Source of the DNA: Phycisphaerales bacterium
Lineage (GTDB): Bacteria; Planctomycetota; Phycisphaerae; Phycisphaerales; UBA1924
Direction of reading: 5' to 3'
Length of the DNA: 64,000 bases
Assembly: GCA_020850415.1 (NCBI GenBank)
Contig: JADZER010000010.1
Span: 77,459 to 141,458 of the forward strand
Part shown: positions 29,755 to 38,638 of the stretch, one piece after another
How the letters are laid out: each line of letters begins with the position of its first letter
Position numbering within the stretch: the stretch's first letter is position 1
The notes under the pieces: generated by a model
What the model was told of the DNA's origin: nothing
Databases searched by the model: none
The model's input: only the letters and a program-made list of their open reading frames with translations
Position numbers and translations under genes: made by a program

Positions 29755-32700
29755 CTACCGTGCCGCCCGCGTGCCGTACGGGTCGGTGCCCCAGCGCCGG
29801 ACGGCGCCGTCCGCGGACGCCGACCAGAGTGTCGTCCCCGGGCGGTTGAACATCACCGCCGACACGAGGTAGTCGTGCGCACGGAGCGACAGCATGAGCT
29901 CGCCGTGCTCCAGATCCCAGATGCCGATGGTGCGGTCGTCCGACGCGGAGGCGAGGCGGGAGCCGTCGGGGTGGTACACGAGCGCGTTGACGGGCAGCGA
30001 GTGCCCGCTGAGCGTGCGGGTGACGGCGAGTGAGTCGGCGTCGAGCAGGACCACCGAGGTCCCGTGCATGCCCACCGCGATCTCTGCGCCGCTCGGCGAG
30101 AACGCGGGCGCACGGGGAGCGCGGAACGGGAGCGTCGTACTCGCGAGCGTCTGGCCCGTGCCTGCGTCGAACATGGTGATCCTGCTGTCGCTCCAGGTGA
30201 CGACGAGCCGATCCCCTTCGGGGGAGAACCGCACGCCTGTGACCTGCGTGCCGTCCTGGACGGCCGAGAACCCGGGAGCGCCGCCGATCGAGTCCCACAG
30301 CACCAAGGCGCCGTTGCTCCAGCCGACGGCGAGCATGCCCGACGCGGAGATGTCGACCGCCACGGCCATGAGGTCCGGCGCGAGCTGCGCGGCGGGTGCG
30401 GGCGGTGAGAGATCGACCGGAGAGCCGACGAGCGGGCGCGTGGTGTGTGACAAGGGCCAGCACCGGACGACCCCCTCGCACACCCCCGCGACCGCCCAGG
30501 CATCGTCCGGGGAGATGGCGGCGGCGGAGTACTCGCGAACGCACGGCGTGTCGGCGAGCACGAGCGGCGGGGCGCCCGTGGCGAGATCGAGAAGCCTGAT
30601 GCTACCCGAGACCGTCACCAGCGCTGTGCGCTCGTCCGAGGATATCGCACAACGGATGATGCGTTCGCGCCCGACGACATCGAACAGGTCGGCGGCCGCC
30701 TCGGAGGGCCACACCCTGGCCGTAGAGTCGACCGAGCCGGTCACGAGACGCCCCGAATCGGGAGCGATGGCCAGCGCATCAATGGCGAGGTGGTGTCCGG
30801 CCCGGAGATGGAGGGGGAGAAAGGCCGGCACGCTCCATTCTCGGATCGTCCGGTCCCAGGACGCGCTGTAGAGTGAGGACCCGTTGTGCGCGAACGCGAC
30901 GGCATCCACCGCGAAGCCGTGCCCGTAGAGGGGCGCGAGCTCGGAGCGGGTGCTCAGATCCCAGATGTGCACGAGCCGGTCTGTGCCTCCCTGAGCCAGA
31001 TAGCGAGCATCGGGGCTGACGGCGATCGACCGGGCCTCGCCGGTGTACGAGGGGAGATCGAATCGGGTGTGGAGCGTGCCCGGGTCGAGCCAGAGCGTGG
31101 CCGTGGCGCCCGAGACGAGGAGCCCCGAGCCGTTCGGCAGCCACGCCACGCTCCTGACGATCTCCTCGAGATCCGTGCGTTCACACCGGGGGCGGAGTGT
31201 CCCGTCGGGGGCGGTGTCCCAAAGCCGGATGGCGCGGTCCTGGCCCACCGAGGCGAGGACCCCCGAGGGTGACACCGCGATCGCGTCGATCAGCCCCGCG
31301 TGTGCGTCGGTGCTCGCCAGCTGCGACCCGCCGGGCAGCGACCACGCGATGATCTGCCCGTCCCCGGCCGTGAGCAGGACATCGGCGCCGGGCAGGGGGC
31401 AGGGGATGGCCTCGCGCGGGTGGGCTTTCCACTCGGCAAGAGGTTCGCAGGCGGGCCAAGACCACACATGCACCACCCCGTCGCGGGTGCTGGTGATGAG
31501 ACGCCGAGCCGCGGAGTCGAAGGCTGCGCCCCGAACGATAGAGTTGTGCCGCAGGGTGACCTCGCTGTCATCGAGCCGCGTCGCCAGGTGACGCCACTCC
31601 CAGCCGCGCAGCGCTTCGGGAACCCCGCGGAGACTGCGTCCGGCGCCGAGCACATCATGCGAGCGGAGCGAGGCCTCGGCCGCGGCCAGCCTGGCGCCGG
31701 TCTCGCGCCTGGTCACGGCGAGCTCCCCGGCGACGGCGTCGGCGCGGGCCGATTCGGCGCGGGCCAGGAGAGCGGAGATCGTGGCCAGGGCCGTGACAAC
31801 GCCCGCGCCCGCCACGAGGACGGCGATCGAGAGCCCCGGGTGGCGCCGGACGAGCCTCGAGAGCATGTACGCGGCGGTGGGGGGGCGAGCCTCGATGGGC
31901 TCGCCGGCGAGCCACCGGCGCAGGTCCGCGCCGAACGCGTCGGCGCTGCCGTAGCGGTCGGCGGGTGACGGCGCGATGGCCCTCAGCACGATGGTGTCGA
32001 GATCGGTGTCGTTGACCGAGCCCGCTCGCGAGGGCGGGACGACGCGACGGTCCTGCGTCGTGTCGGCGGCCTCGGCGAAGGAGCGCGGCGTGCGCCACGG
32101 CAGGGCGCCGGTGAGCATGCGGTAGAGCACCAGGCCGAGGGCGTAGACATCCGATCGGGTATCGACGGCGTCGGGTGAGCCGCCGAACTGCTCGGGGGCC
32201 GCGTAGTCGGGCGTGCCGACAAAGCCCCGCGTGGTCAGCGAGCCGGGGTCGGAGCCCGGCTCGCTGAGCCGGGCTACGCCGAAGTCCACCACATGCGGCC
32301 GGTCGGCGCGATCGACGAGGATGTTCGACGGCTTGAGATCTCTGTGGATGACCCCCCGGTAGTGCGCGTGCGCGACGGCATCGGCAACGCGCCCGACGAG
32401 TGCGGAGCAGTCACGGCTTGACCGCCGATGCCCGTCCTCGCCGTCCGCCCAGAGGTCGGCCGGGATGCCCTCCACCAGCTCCATCACCAGGAAGGGCTGG
32501 TCCTCGTGGATCAGGCACTCGTGGACCGTGACGATCCCCTCGTGGGAGAGACTCCCGAGGATCCGGATCTCCCGCTCGAACCTGCTGCTCGCGCCGGGCG
32601 ATGCGAAGGCCCCGCCCGCCAGACGCTTCAGGGCCACCGTGCGCCCCGTGCCCGGCTGCAGCGCCGCGTAGACGCTCCCTTGCCCGCCGCGCCCGAGCTC

Positions 32701-32838
32701 CCGGACCAGCACATAGCCCCCCAGCTCGCCAAGCGGCTGCTCGCGCTCGGCCTCGCGCAGCTGCGAGAGCCAGGTGTCGCCGGACTCGAATCCGAAGGCC
32801 GCGGCGTCGGGCGGGGGCGAGCCCTCGTGCCGGCTCAT
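29755..32838 (-). CDS. Ser/Thr protein kinase with TM helix and about 12-14 WD40 repeats
   Basis: Hanks kinase motifs are present (GRGGQGSVY, VIHRDLKPSNILV, DFG, APE). One TM helix (GLSIAVLVAGAGVVTALATISALLA) follows. Repeated WD-like ends come next (VHVWSW, IRLWDT, VHIWDL, IGIWDL ...). The ATG overlaps the stop of the sigma gene (ATGA at 32835-32838). Confidence 0.9.
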   Translation of the reverse strand: MSRHEGSPPPDAAAFGFESGDTWLSQLREAEREQPLGELGGYVLVRELGRGGQGSVYAALQPGTGRTVALKRLAGGAFASPGASSRFEREIRILGSLSHEGIVTVHECLIHEDQPFLVMELVEGIPADLWADGEDGHRRSSRDCSALVGRVADAVAHAHYRGVIHRDLKPSNILVDRADRPHVVDFGVARLSEPGSDPGSLTTRGFVGTPDYAAPEQFGGSPDAVDTRSDVYALGLVLYRMLTGALPWRTPRSFAEAADTTQDRRVVPPSRAGSVNDTDLDTIVLRAIAPSPADRYGSADAFGADLRRWLAGEPIEARPPTAAYMLSRLVRRHPGLSIAVLVAGAGVVTALATISALLARAESARADAVAGELAVTRRETGARLAAAEASLRSHDVLGAGRSLRGVPEALRGWEWRHLATRLDDSEVTLRHNSIVRGAAFDSAARRLITSTRDGVVHVWSWPACEPLAEWKAHPREAIPCPLPGADVLLTAGDGQIIAWSLPGGSQLASTDAHAGLIDAIAVSPSGVLASVGQDRAIRLWDTAPDGTLRPRCERTDLEEIVRSVAWLPNGSGLLVSGATATLWLDPGTLHTRFDLPSYTGEARSIAVSPDARYLAQGGTDRLVHIWDLSTRSELAPLYGHGFAVDAVAFAHNGSSLYSASWDRTIREWSVPAFLPLHLRAGHHLAIDALAIAPDSGRLVTGSVDSTARVWPSEAAADLFDVVGRERIIRCAISSDERTALVTVSGSIRLLDLATGAPPLVLADTPCVREYSAAAISPDDAWAVAGVCEGVVRCWPLSHTTRPLVGSPVDLSPPAPAAQLAPDLMAVAVDISASGMLAVGWSNGALVLWDSIGGAPGFSAVQDGTQVTGVRFSPEGDRLVVTWSDSRITMFDAGTGQTLASTTLPFRAPRAPAFSPSGAEIAVGMHGTSVVLLDADSLAVTRTLSGHSLPVNALVYHPDGSRLASASDDRTIGIWDLEHGELMLSLRAHDYLVSAVMFNRPGTTLWSASADGAVRRWGTDPYGTRAAR

Positions 32839-33431
32839 CGGCCTTCCTCGTCGCGGATCTGCTGCTCGACCAGCGCCCTGAGGCGGTCGCGGACGCGTTG
32901 CTTGACCTTGTGGACGGCCTGCTCGGTCGTGCCGAACTCGCCCGCGACCGCCGCGGTGGACTCGCCGGCCAGGAGCCGGTCGAACATCTCGAGGCTCCTC
33001 GGATCAAAGGTCCTCCGCACCGTCGTCATCGCCATCCTCAGGTGGTGGTCCCGCCACTCGCGCTCCCAGGCCAGCTCCGAGGCCGGGTCTGCCGCCGCCT
33101 CGGCGGTCAGCGCTATGTCTACCGGCGTGGGACCCCCGATTGGACGCTCGCGCGTGTCGGCGATGGCCGATCGCACCGCGCGGTACAGATAGGATCGGAA
33201 TCGGCCCCTCGCGGGGTCGTACACGAAGCCGGGCATGATCCGGACCAGCTTGAGGAGCGTGAGCTGGTGGGCGTCCTCCGCGTCGGCGGGGTGCAGGCCC
33301 CGCGAGCGGCAAAGGCGGACGATCAAGTCCCGGTACTGCCGGTCGAACTCGTACCACGCCGCGGCGTCCCCGGGGTCGCCCAGGCGACCAATCAGCGTCG
33401 GTCTCGTCACTTCCGGATCCACGGCGGGCAT
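32835..33431 (-). CDS. ECF-type RNA polymerase sigma factor
   Basis: A 198-aa protein. The region 2-like segment is DAHQLTLLKLVRIM...RFRSYLYRAVRSAI. The region 4 HTH is STAAVAGEFGTTEQAVHKVKQRVRDRL. Translationally coupled to the downstream kinase. Confidence 0.85.
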   Translation of the reverse strand: MPAVDPEVTRPTLIGRLGDPGDAAAWYEFDRQYRDLIVRLCRSRGLHPADAEDAHQLTLLKLVRIMPGFVYDPARGRFRSYLYRAVRSAIADTRERPIGGPTPVDIALTAEAAADPASELAWEREWRDHHLRMAMTTVRRTFDPRSLEMFDRLLAGESTAAVAGEFGTTEQAVHKVKQRVRDRLRALVEQQIRDEEGR

Positions 33432-33556
33432 GGTACCGAGCGGGCCGCAGATTTTTCGTCGCCCGGCGTCCAGTCCCGCCGCGGCCAGGGGTATCCGACG
33501 GAGCCCGCGGCCGTGGTGGCCCCGTGCCCGGTCCGCTCAGCCTCCCGGAGTAAGTC

Positions 33557-35980
33557 ATGCGTCCCATATCCGCGTTCTCGAGGTCACGGTCGTTGGCGGT
33601 TTGGGGTGCTTTGCTCGGTCCGGTGGGGCTCGCGGCCTCAGCCGCGGCGGGGCAGGGGGACTGGAAGCTCGTCGAACTGCCGTTCTATTCCTACGCGCAG
33701 ATGCAACTCATGCAGCGGACGCCCGGGCAGGCGACCTGCCTTTATCAGCCGAATAATTCCGTGCTCGCCGTCGACATCGCGGCCGACGGGACCTTCACGA
33801 GCCGACAGGTCACACCCGACGACCCTGCCGGCATGGTGGTCATCTACGGCCTACAGCCGGACGGCGTGCTGACCGGTTGGGAGCGCGACTGCGGCGGGGA
33901 TGCCGACCACCGGACGCTCCTGTGGATCGATCCGGACGGCACCAAGACCCGGACGCTCTGCGGGCAGATTGGGTGGGTCGTCGGGAGCTTCGAAGACGGC
34001 ACAATCATGTCCTCCGCGTACCGGGACAACAAGCCGCTCATCTTCGGGACCCGGGACGGAGGGCGCGTGGATGTGAGCATCCCCGCCGAGTGGGAGGACA
34101 GTCTCGGCTTCAACTTCATCAGCGACGGCGGCGGCAGCGGGTGGCTCGGGGGGGGTGCCTTCAAGGATTCCGGGCAAGGGACCGTGGTCTTCACGGTGAT
34201 CTGGGATCGCGCGACGGGGCGGTTCATCCCGATCGACGAGGCCTCGTTCGGCTACCCGAGCGGCACCGAGGTGCGGGTGAGGGCACTCTCGGGCTCGTCG
34301 ATCGCGGTCGGGCTGCTCAGGCCGGATCAGAGTCAGGAGTTGGATACGGTCTGGATGTGGCGCGATGCGGACGGCGACGCCGAGGTCGATCCGGAGGAGG
34401 TCACCCCCGATCTGGTGGGCGATCAGGCCCCGCCCGGGAGCAAGCTGTCGGCCCGGGATGTCAACGAGGCGGGGGATGTGCTCCTCGCCGACATCTCAAC
34501 CTCTCCGTCCCCGCTGTACCTCTGGTCCGGCGGCACGCTCATCCCGGTGCAGTCCTTCGTTCCGGGCGGGAGTGTGTTCGAGGTCTTCGACCCCTCGGGT
34601 ACCATGTTCAACTACATGCTGACCGACGAGGGGTGGATCATGTGCTGGGCTCGCCACACGGGCACGGGTGAGTTCACAGCGGCGGTGCTGATCCCGCCCA
34701 GCCCCGACACCGACACCGACGGCGACGGCCTGCTCGACGACTGGGAGGACAACGGCATCCCCTACACGGGCGTCGACGGCGTGGAGAAGCGGTACATCCT
34801 GCCCGGCGCCGACAAGAGCCACAAGACGCTTTATGTCGAGGTCGACACGATGCCAGAGGCGCCCTTCACGCTCGCGTCGAAGCGGCTTGTCGAGCGGGCG
34901 TTCGCGCAGGCCCCGGTCCAGAACCCCGACGGGACGACCGGCATCGACCTCTTCATCCAGGTGGACGAGCCCGACCTGCCGACCGAGGCGGTCTCCGTCA
35001 CGCCGGATGATGACTTCCCGTTAAGTGCCTCGGTGAACAAGGGCCTGTTCTTCGGCGCCGCTGAGGAGCGGGCGGACCCCGACCGCGTCCCGATGCTGGA
35101 GGCCAAGGCCAAGGCGTTCCGGTACGCGCTCGGCTACCGCGAGGCCAGCGGGGACATGGGCGGCCTGGGCGAACTGGGCGGCGACGACTTCGTCATGTTC
35201 GCCGAGGGGTACAGCGACCTCGACTACGCCGCGGTCTTCATGCACGAGCTGGGGCACAACCTCAATCTCGATCACGGCGGCCACGACGACATCAACCGCA
35301 AGCCGAACTACCCCAGCATCATGAACTACGCGTTGAGCTACCGCCAGCCCTGGAACCGCCGCTTCTGGCGCCTGGACTTCTCGCGCGAGGAGCTGTCGGT
35401 GCTCAACGAGGCGGCGCTCGACGAACAGGTGAGCGTGGGCTTCGGCGGCAGCGGGCACTATCGGAGTTGGCGCACGCCCTGGTACGGCACGCCGCCCTTC
35501 GACAGCGTGTGCTACGCCGACGGGGGAATCCCGGCGGTCTTCTACGCCCCGCTCGACATCGCCACGGGGACCGACTTCGACCTCGACTGCGACACCAACG
35601 ACTTCAATATCACCGTCGATCTCAACCACGACCCGCTGGACCCGGACTCGGAGCCGTCTCCCGGAGAGATCATGCACGGCACCGACGACTGGTCGTTCAT
35701 GACCCTTGCGATCAGCCCGGACGGCGCCCCGTTCGGCGGCGCGGTGCCCAAGAACGAGCTCACCAACGCCGACCGCGACCACATCAACGCGACCTTCCCC
35801 GAGCCCGAGGGAGCCTGCGCCGGGGACTGGAACGACGACGGCGCGGTGAACACGCTCGATGTGCTCGCGTTCCTCAACGACTGGGCCGCAGCGGAGTACT
35901 GGGCCGACCTGAACCTCGATGGTCAGGTCAACACGCTCGATGTGCTGGCCTTTCTGAACGACTGGACCGTAGGCTGCTGA
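33557..35980 (+). CDS. Secreted metzincin-like zinc metalloprotease-domain protein with GC-type dockerin-like module
   Basis: Has a signal peptide, a TSP3-like Ca motif DTDTDGDGLLDDWED, and the zinc motif HELGHNLNLDH (HExxHxxxxxH spacing). Ends CAGDWNDDGAVNTLDVLAFLNDWAAAEYWADLNLDGQVNTLDVLAFLNDWTVGC. Confidence 0.8.
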   Translation: MRPISAFSRSRSLAVWGALLGPVGLAASAAAGQGDWKLVELPFYSYAQMQLMQRTPGQATCLYQPNNSVLAVDIAADGTFTSRQVTPDDPAGMVVIYGLQPDGVLTGWERDCGGDADHRTLLWIDPDGTKTRTLCGQIGWVVGSFEDGTIMSSAYRDNKPLIFGTRDGGRVDVSIPAEWEDSLGFNFISDGGGSGWLGGGAFKDSGQGTVVFTVIWDRATGRFIPIDEASFGYPSGTEVRVRALSGSSIAVGLLRPDQSQELDTVWMWRDADGDAEVDPEEVTPDLVGDQAPPGSKLSARDVNEAGDVLLADISTSPSPLYLWSGGTLIPVQSFVPGGSVFEVFDPSGTMFNYMLTDEGWIMCWARHTGTGEFTAAVLIPPSPDTDTDGDGLLDDWEDNGIPYTGVDGVEKRYILPGADKSHKTLYVEVDTMPEAPFTLASKRLVERAFAQAPVQNPDGTTGIDLFIQVDEPDLPTEAVSVTPDDDFPLSASVNKGLFFGAAEERADPDRVPMLEAKAKAFRYALGYREASGDMGGLGELGGDDFVMFAEGYSDLDYAAVFMHELGHNLNLDHGGHDDINRKPNYPSIMNYALSYRQPWNRRFWRLDFSREELSVLNEAALDEQVSVGFGGSGHYRSWRTPWYGTPPFDSVCYADGGIPAVFYAPLDIATGTDFDLDCDTNDFNITVDLNHDPLDPDSEPSPGEIMHGTDDWSFMTLAISPDGAPFGGAVPKNELTNADRDHINATFPEPEGACAGDWNDDGAVNTLDVLAFLNDWAAAEYWADLNLDGQVNTLDVLAFLNDWTVGC

Positions 35981-36149
35981 GAGCGCAGCAGCGGCGCGAG
36001 GCAGCACGCCCCCGCGGCGACCGCGGGACCAGCCCAGCGGGGGCATGAGGAAAGGGCCCCGCCCGCCCGAAGCCCCAGTTCTCACCAACGCCCCCGGCGG
36101 CGTCCGCGGCGACGCCGCCCGTTGCGGGGGGCGGGCGCAGACACGGACG

Positions 36150-36651
36150 GAGCGGGCGATCATGGCGCTCGACAACGAATCGGCCGGCGCCGCCACCTCG
36201 CGCTCGACCTCTCGCCCACCTACACCTCCGACTACTTCTTCCGCGGCATCGTTCAGAGGTCCGACCCGTTCAACCCCAGCGTGTCCCTTGCCTCCGAAGC
36301 ACACAACGCGCCGGTCGGTCCGGGGGGCAGCGTCGCGCTCGGTCTCGGGATCGGGCTGACCCGTCGATCTGGGTGAGTCGCCCCTCGGCCCGACCACCCG
36401 GCTGCTCCCGGTCGGCGTCGCGGTCGGCCTCGATGACTGCTACCAACGCATCGACGGGTTACCCGACACACTTGGCGACGCGGGGATTGGGGCGACGCTC
36501 TCGTTCGATCCGGCCGACTCGAGCGGCTCGGCCGCTCCGACGCTCGATGTCGGCGCATCGTACCCGTTCCTCGACGGCGCCCTCGACGATCTGCCCGGGG
36601 GGCGGCTCGGGCGACCTGGTGTCCACCGCCGGGCTGGGCTGGTGGTTCTGA
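36150..36651 (+). pseudogene. Possible frameshift-decayed small outer-membrane beta-barrel gene upstream of kdp
   Basis: Peptide signals are split over three frames. Frame 2: LDLSPTYTSDYFFRGIVQ..SVSLA. Frame 0: VGVAVGLDD..GATLSFD..LDVGASYPF. Frame 1: C-terminal GDLVSTAGLGWWF-stop (aromatic OMP-like terminus). I saw no intact signal peptide. Boundaries are approximate. Confidence 0.3.
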
Positions 36652-36754
36652 CGGCGCCTTGACGCCGTCTTGACGCTCCGGGGCGAACTCTGCACGCCGC
36701 GCAGAGCGACAAGGCAGAGCGCCCGCCCGATGCTTGTTCACTCAGGAGGCGCTC

Positions 36755-36850
36755 ATGTGGATTGTCATGCTGCTTCTCGGCCTTGCCATCTTCGCCCTGC
36801 TCGCGGCGATGACGGTCGCGTGCGAGCGATTCGGAAGGTCATCCTCATGA
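36755..36850 (+). CDS. Candidate 31-aa single-TM peptide translationally coupled to kdpF
   Basis: AGGAGG lies 5 nt upstream of ATG 36755. The product is MWIVMLLLGLAIFALLAAMTVACERFGRSSS. Its TGA (36848-36850) overlaps the kdpF ATG (36847) as ATGA. It is too short for the supplied track. Confidence 0.4.
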   Translation: MWIVMLLLGLAIFALLAAMTVACERFGRSSS

Positions 36851-36933
36851 TCTGGTTCTGCGCGATTCTGGCCGTCCTGTCCTTCGTGTACCTCATCGTG
36901 GCGATGCTCCGCCCCGAGTGGTTCAGCAACTGA
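36847..36933 (+). CDS. kdpF: K+-transporting ATPase subunit F
   Basis: The 28-aa hydrophobic peptide MIWFCAILAVLSFVYLIVAMLRPEWFSN lies immediately upstream of kdpA. The YL..A.LRPE.F ending is typical of KdpF. Confidence 0.8.
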   Translation: MIWFCAILAVLSFVYLIVAMLRPEWFSN

Positions 36934-36952
36934 TCCCAGAGGAGCAGAGACG

Positions 36953-38638
36953 ATGATGTGGACCCTTCCAATCCTGGTGATTCTGGGATGTGCCCTGTCG
37001 AGCGTGCCCCTGGGCCGGTACATGGCCTGGGCCATGAACAGCCGCGGCCCCGGCCTCCCGTGCCGGCTCGACGCGATGGTCGCCCGCGTCGGCGGGAGCC
37101 GGTGCGGCGAGGATCAACGCTGGCACAGGTACGCCATGAGCATGCTGGTCTTCAACGCGGTCATGTTCACCGTCGTGTTCGTGATCCTGACGGCCCAGGC
37201 GTGGCTGCCCTTCAACCCGGACGCCAAGGGGAACATGCCGGCCGACCTCGCCTACAACACCGCCGCGTCGTTCACCTCGAACACGAACCTGCAGCACTAC
37301 TCGGGCGAGCAGCACCTCTCGTACTTCTCCCAGCTCTTCGCGATCATGTGGCTCCAGTTCGTGTCCGCCGCGACCGGCATCGCGGGGCTCACCGCCTTGT
37401 GCCGCGGGCTCGCCGGGAGGTCCGCGCTCGGCAACTTCTACCGCGACCTCGCACGGGCGACGGTGCTGGTGCTGCTCCCGCTCGCGGCGGTCGTGGCGAT
37501 CGGCTTGGTGCTCTGCGGCACGCCTATGACGCTCCAGGGCTCCGCCGTCGCCACGACGCTGGAGGGCCTGACCCAGACCATCTCCCGCGGGCCGGTCGCG
37601 GCGGTCGTGGCCATCAAGCAGATCGGGACCAACGGCGGCGGCTACTTCGGCCCCAACAGCACCCACCCGTTCGAGAACCCCAGCCTCCTCAGCAACATCA
37701 TCGAGAACGCCTCGATCATCCTGCTCCCCATGGCCGCGGTCTGGATGTTCGGCCGGATCGTCGGATCGTGGAAGCAGGCGGCGGTCGTCTTCGCGGTCAT
37801 GGGCGTGCTGTACGCCGGGCTCGTCGGCACATCCGTCATCACCGAGCAGGCTCCGACGGCGGCGCTCGCCGGCCTGCCCGTGCAAGACGCGATGAACCTG
37901 GAGGGCAAGGAGCTCCGATTCGGGTCCTCCGCGGGGGCCCTGTGGGCGATCTCCACGACCGCGACCTCCAACGGGTCGGTCAACGCGATGCACGACAGCC
38001 TCAACCCGCTCACGGGCATGATGCCCATGATCGGCATGTGGCTCAATGTCGCGTTCGGCGGTGTGGGCGTGGGCTTCATCAACATGTTCTTGTACATCAT
38101 CACCGGCGTCTTCATCGCGGGCATGATGGTCGGGCGCACCCCCGAGTACCTCGGCAAGAAGATCGAGGCCCGCGAGATGAAGCTCGCCCTGCTCGCGCTG
38201 CTTGCCCACCCGCTGTTCATCCTCGGCGGGATTGCGATCTTCGCGGCGACGCCGTGGGGCGCCGCGACGGTGCAGGAGCCCGGCCCGCACGGGCTCAGCG
38301 AGATTATCTACGAGTTCAGCTCCGCCGCCGCGAACAACGGCTCCGGCTTCGAGGGGCTCGGCGACAACACCCCGCCCTGGAACATCGCCACCGGCACGGT
38401 GATGCTGCTCGCCCGCTTCATCCCGATCATCCTGCCCCTCGCGATCGCGGGATCTCTGGCGAGCAAAGAGCGTCTTGCAGAATCGGCGGGCACCTTCCGG
38501 ACGGACGGCGTGCTCTTCGGCGTCATCCTGACCGGTGTCGTCCTCATCGTCGGGGCCCTGCTGTTCCTGCCGCTCGGCGTGCTAGGCCCGATCGCCGAGC
38601 ATCTGGCGGTCTCCGGGGGATCTGCGGGGCCACGATGA
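36953..38638 (+). CDS. kdpA: K+-transporting ATPase subunit A
   Basis: A 561-aa polytopic protein with KdpA-typical selectivity-filter-like segments ([49 protein letters not shown]). GAGGAG lies upstream of the ATG. Confidence 0.95.
   Translation: MMWTLPILVILGCALSSVPLGRYMAWAMNSRGPGLPCRLDAMVARVGGSRCGEDQRWHRYAMSMLVFNAVMFTVVFVILTAQAWLPFNPDAKGNMPADLAYNTAASFTSNTNLQHYSGEQHLSYFSQLFAIMWLQFVSAATGIAGLTALCRGLAGRSALGNFYRDLARATVLVLLPLAAVVAIGLVLCGTPMTLQGSAVATTLEGLTQTISRGPVAAVVAIKQIGTNGGGYFGPNSTHPFENPSLLSNIIENASIILLPMAAVWMFGRIVGSWKQAAVVFAVMGVLYAGLVGTSVITEQAPTAALAGLPVQDAMNLEGKELRFGSSAGALWAISTTATSNGSVNAMHDSLNPLTGMMPMIGMWLNVAFGGVGVGFINMFLYIITGVFIAGMMVGRTPEYLGKKIEAREMKLALLALLAHPLFILGGIAIFAATPWGAATVQEPGPHGLSEIIYEFSSAAANNGSGFEGLGDNTPPWNIATGTVMLLARFIPIILPLAIAGSLASKERLAESAGTFRTDGVLFGVILTGVVLIVGALLFLPLGVLGPIAEHLAVSGGSAGPR

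Noticed and set aside
36652-36846. A c-di-AMP (ydaO/kimA-type) riboswitch or other leader RNA upstream of kdp
   Set aside because: I could not recognise the conserved pseudo-two-fold motif by eye. The region is instead explained by a small SD-preceded ORF. A covariance-model scan is needed to exclude it formally.
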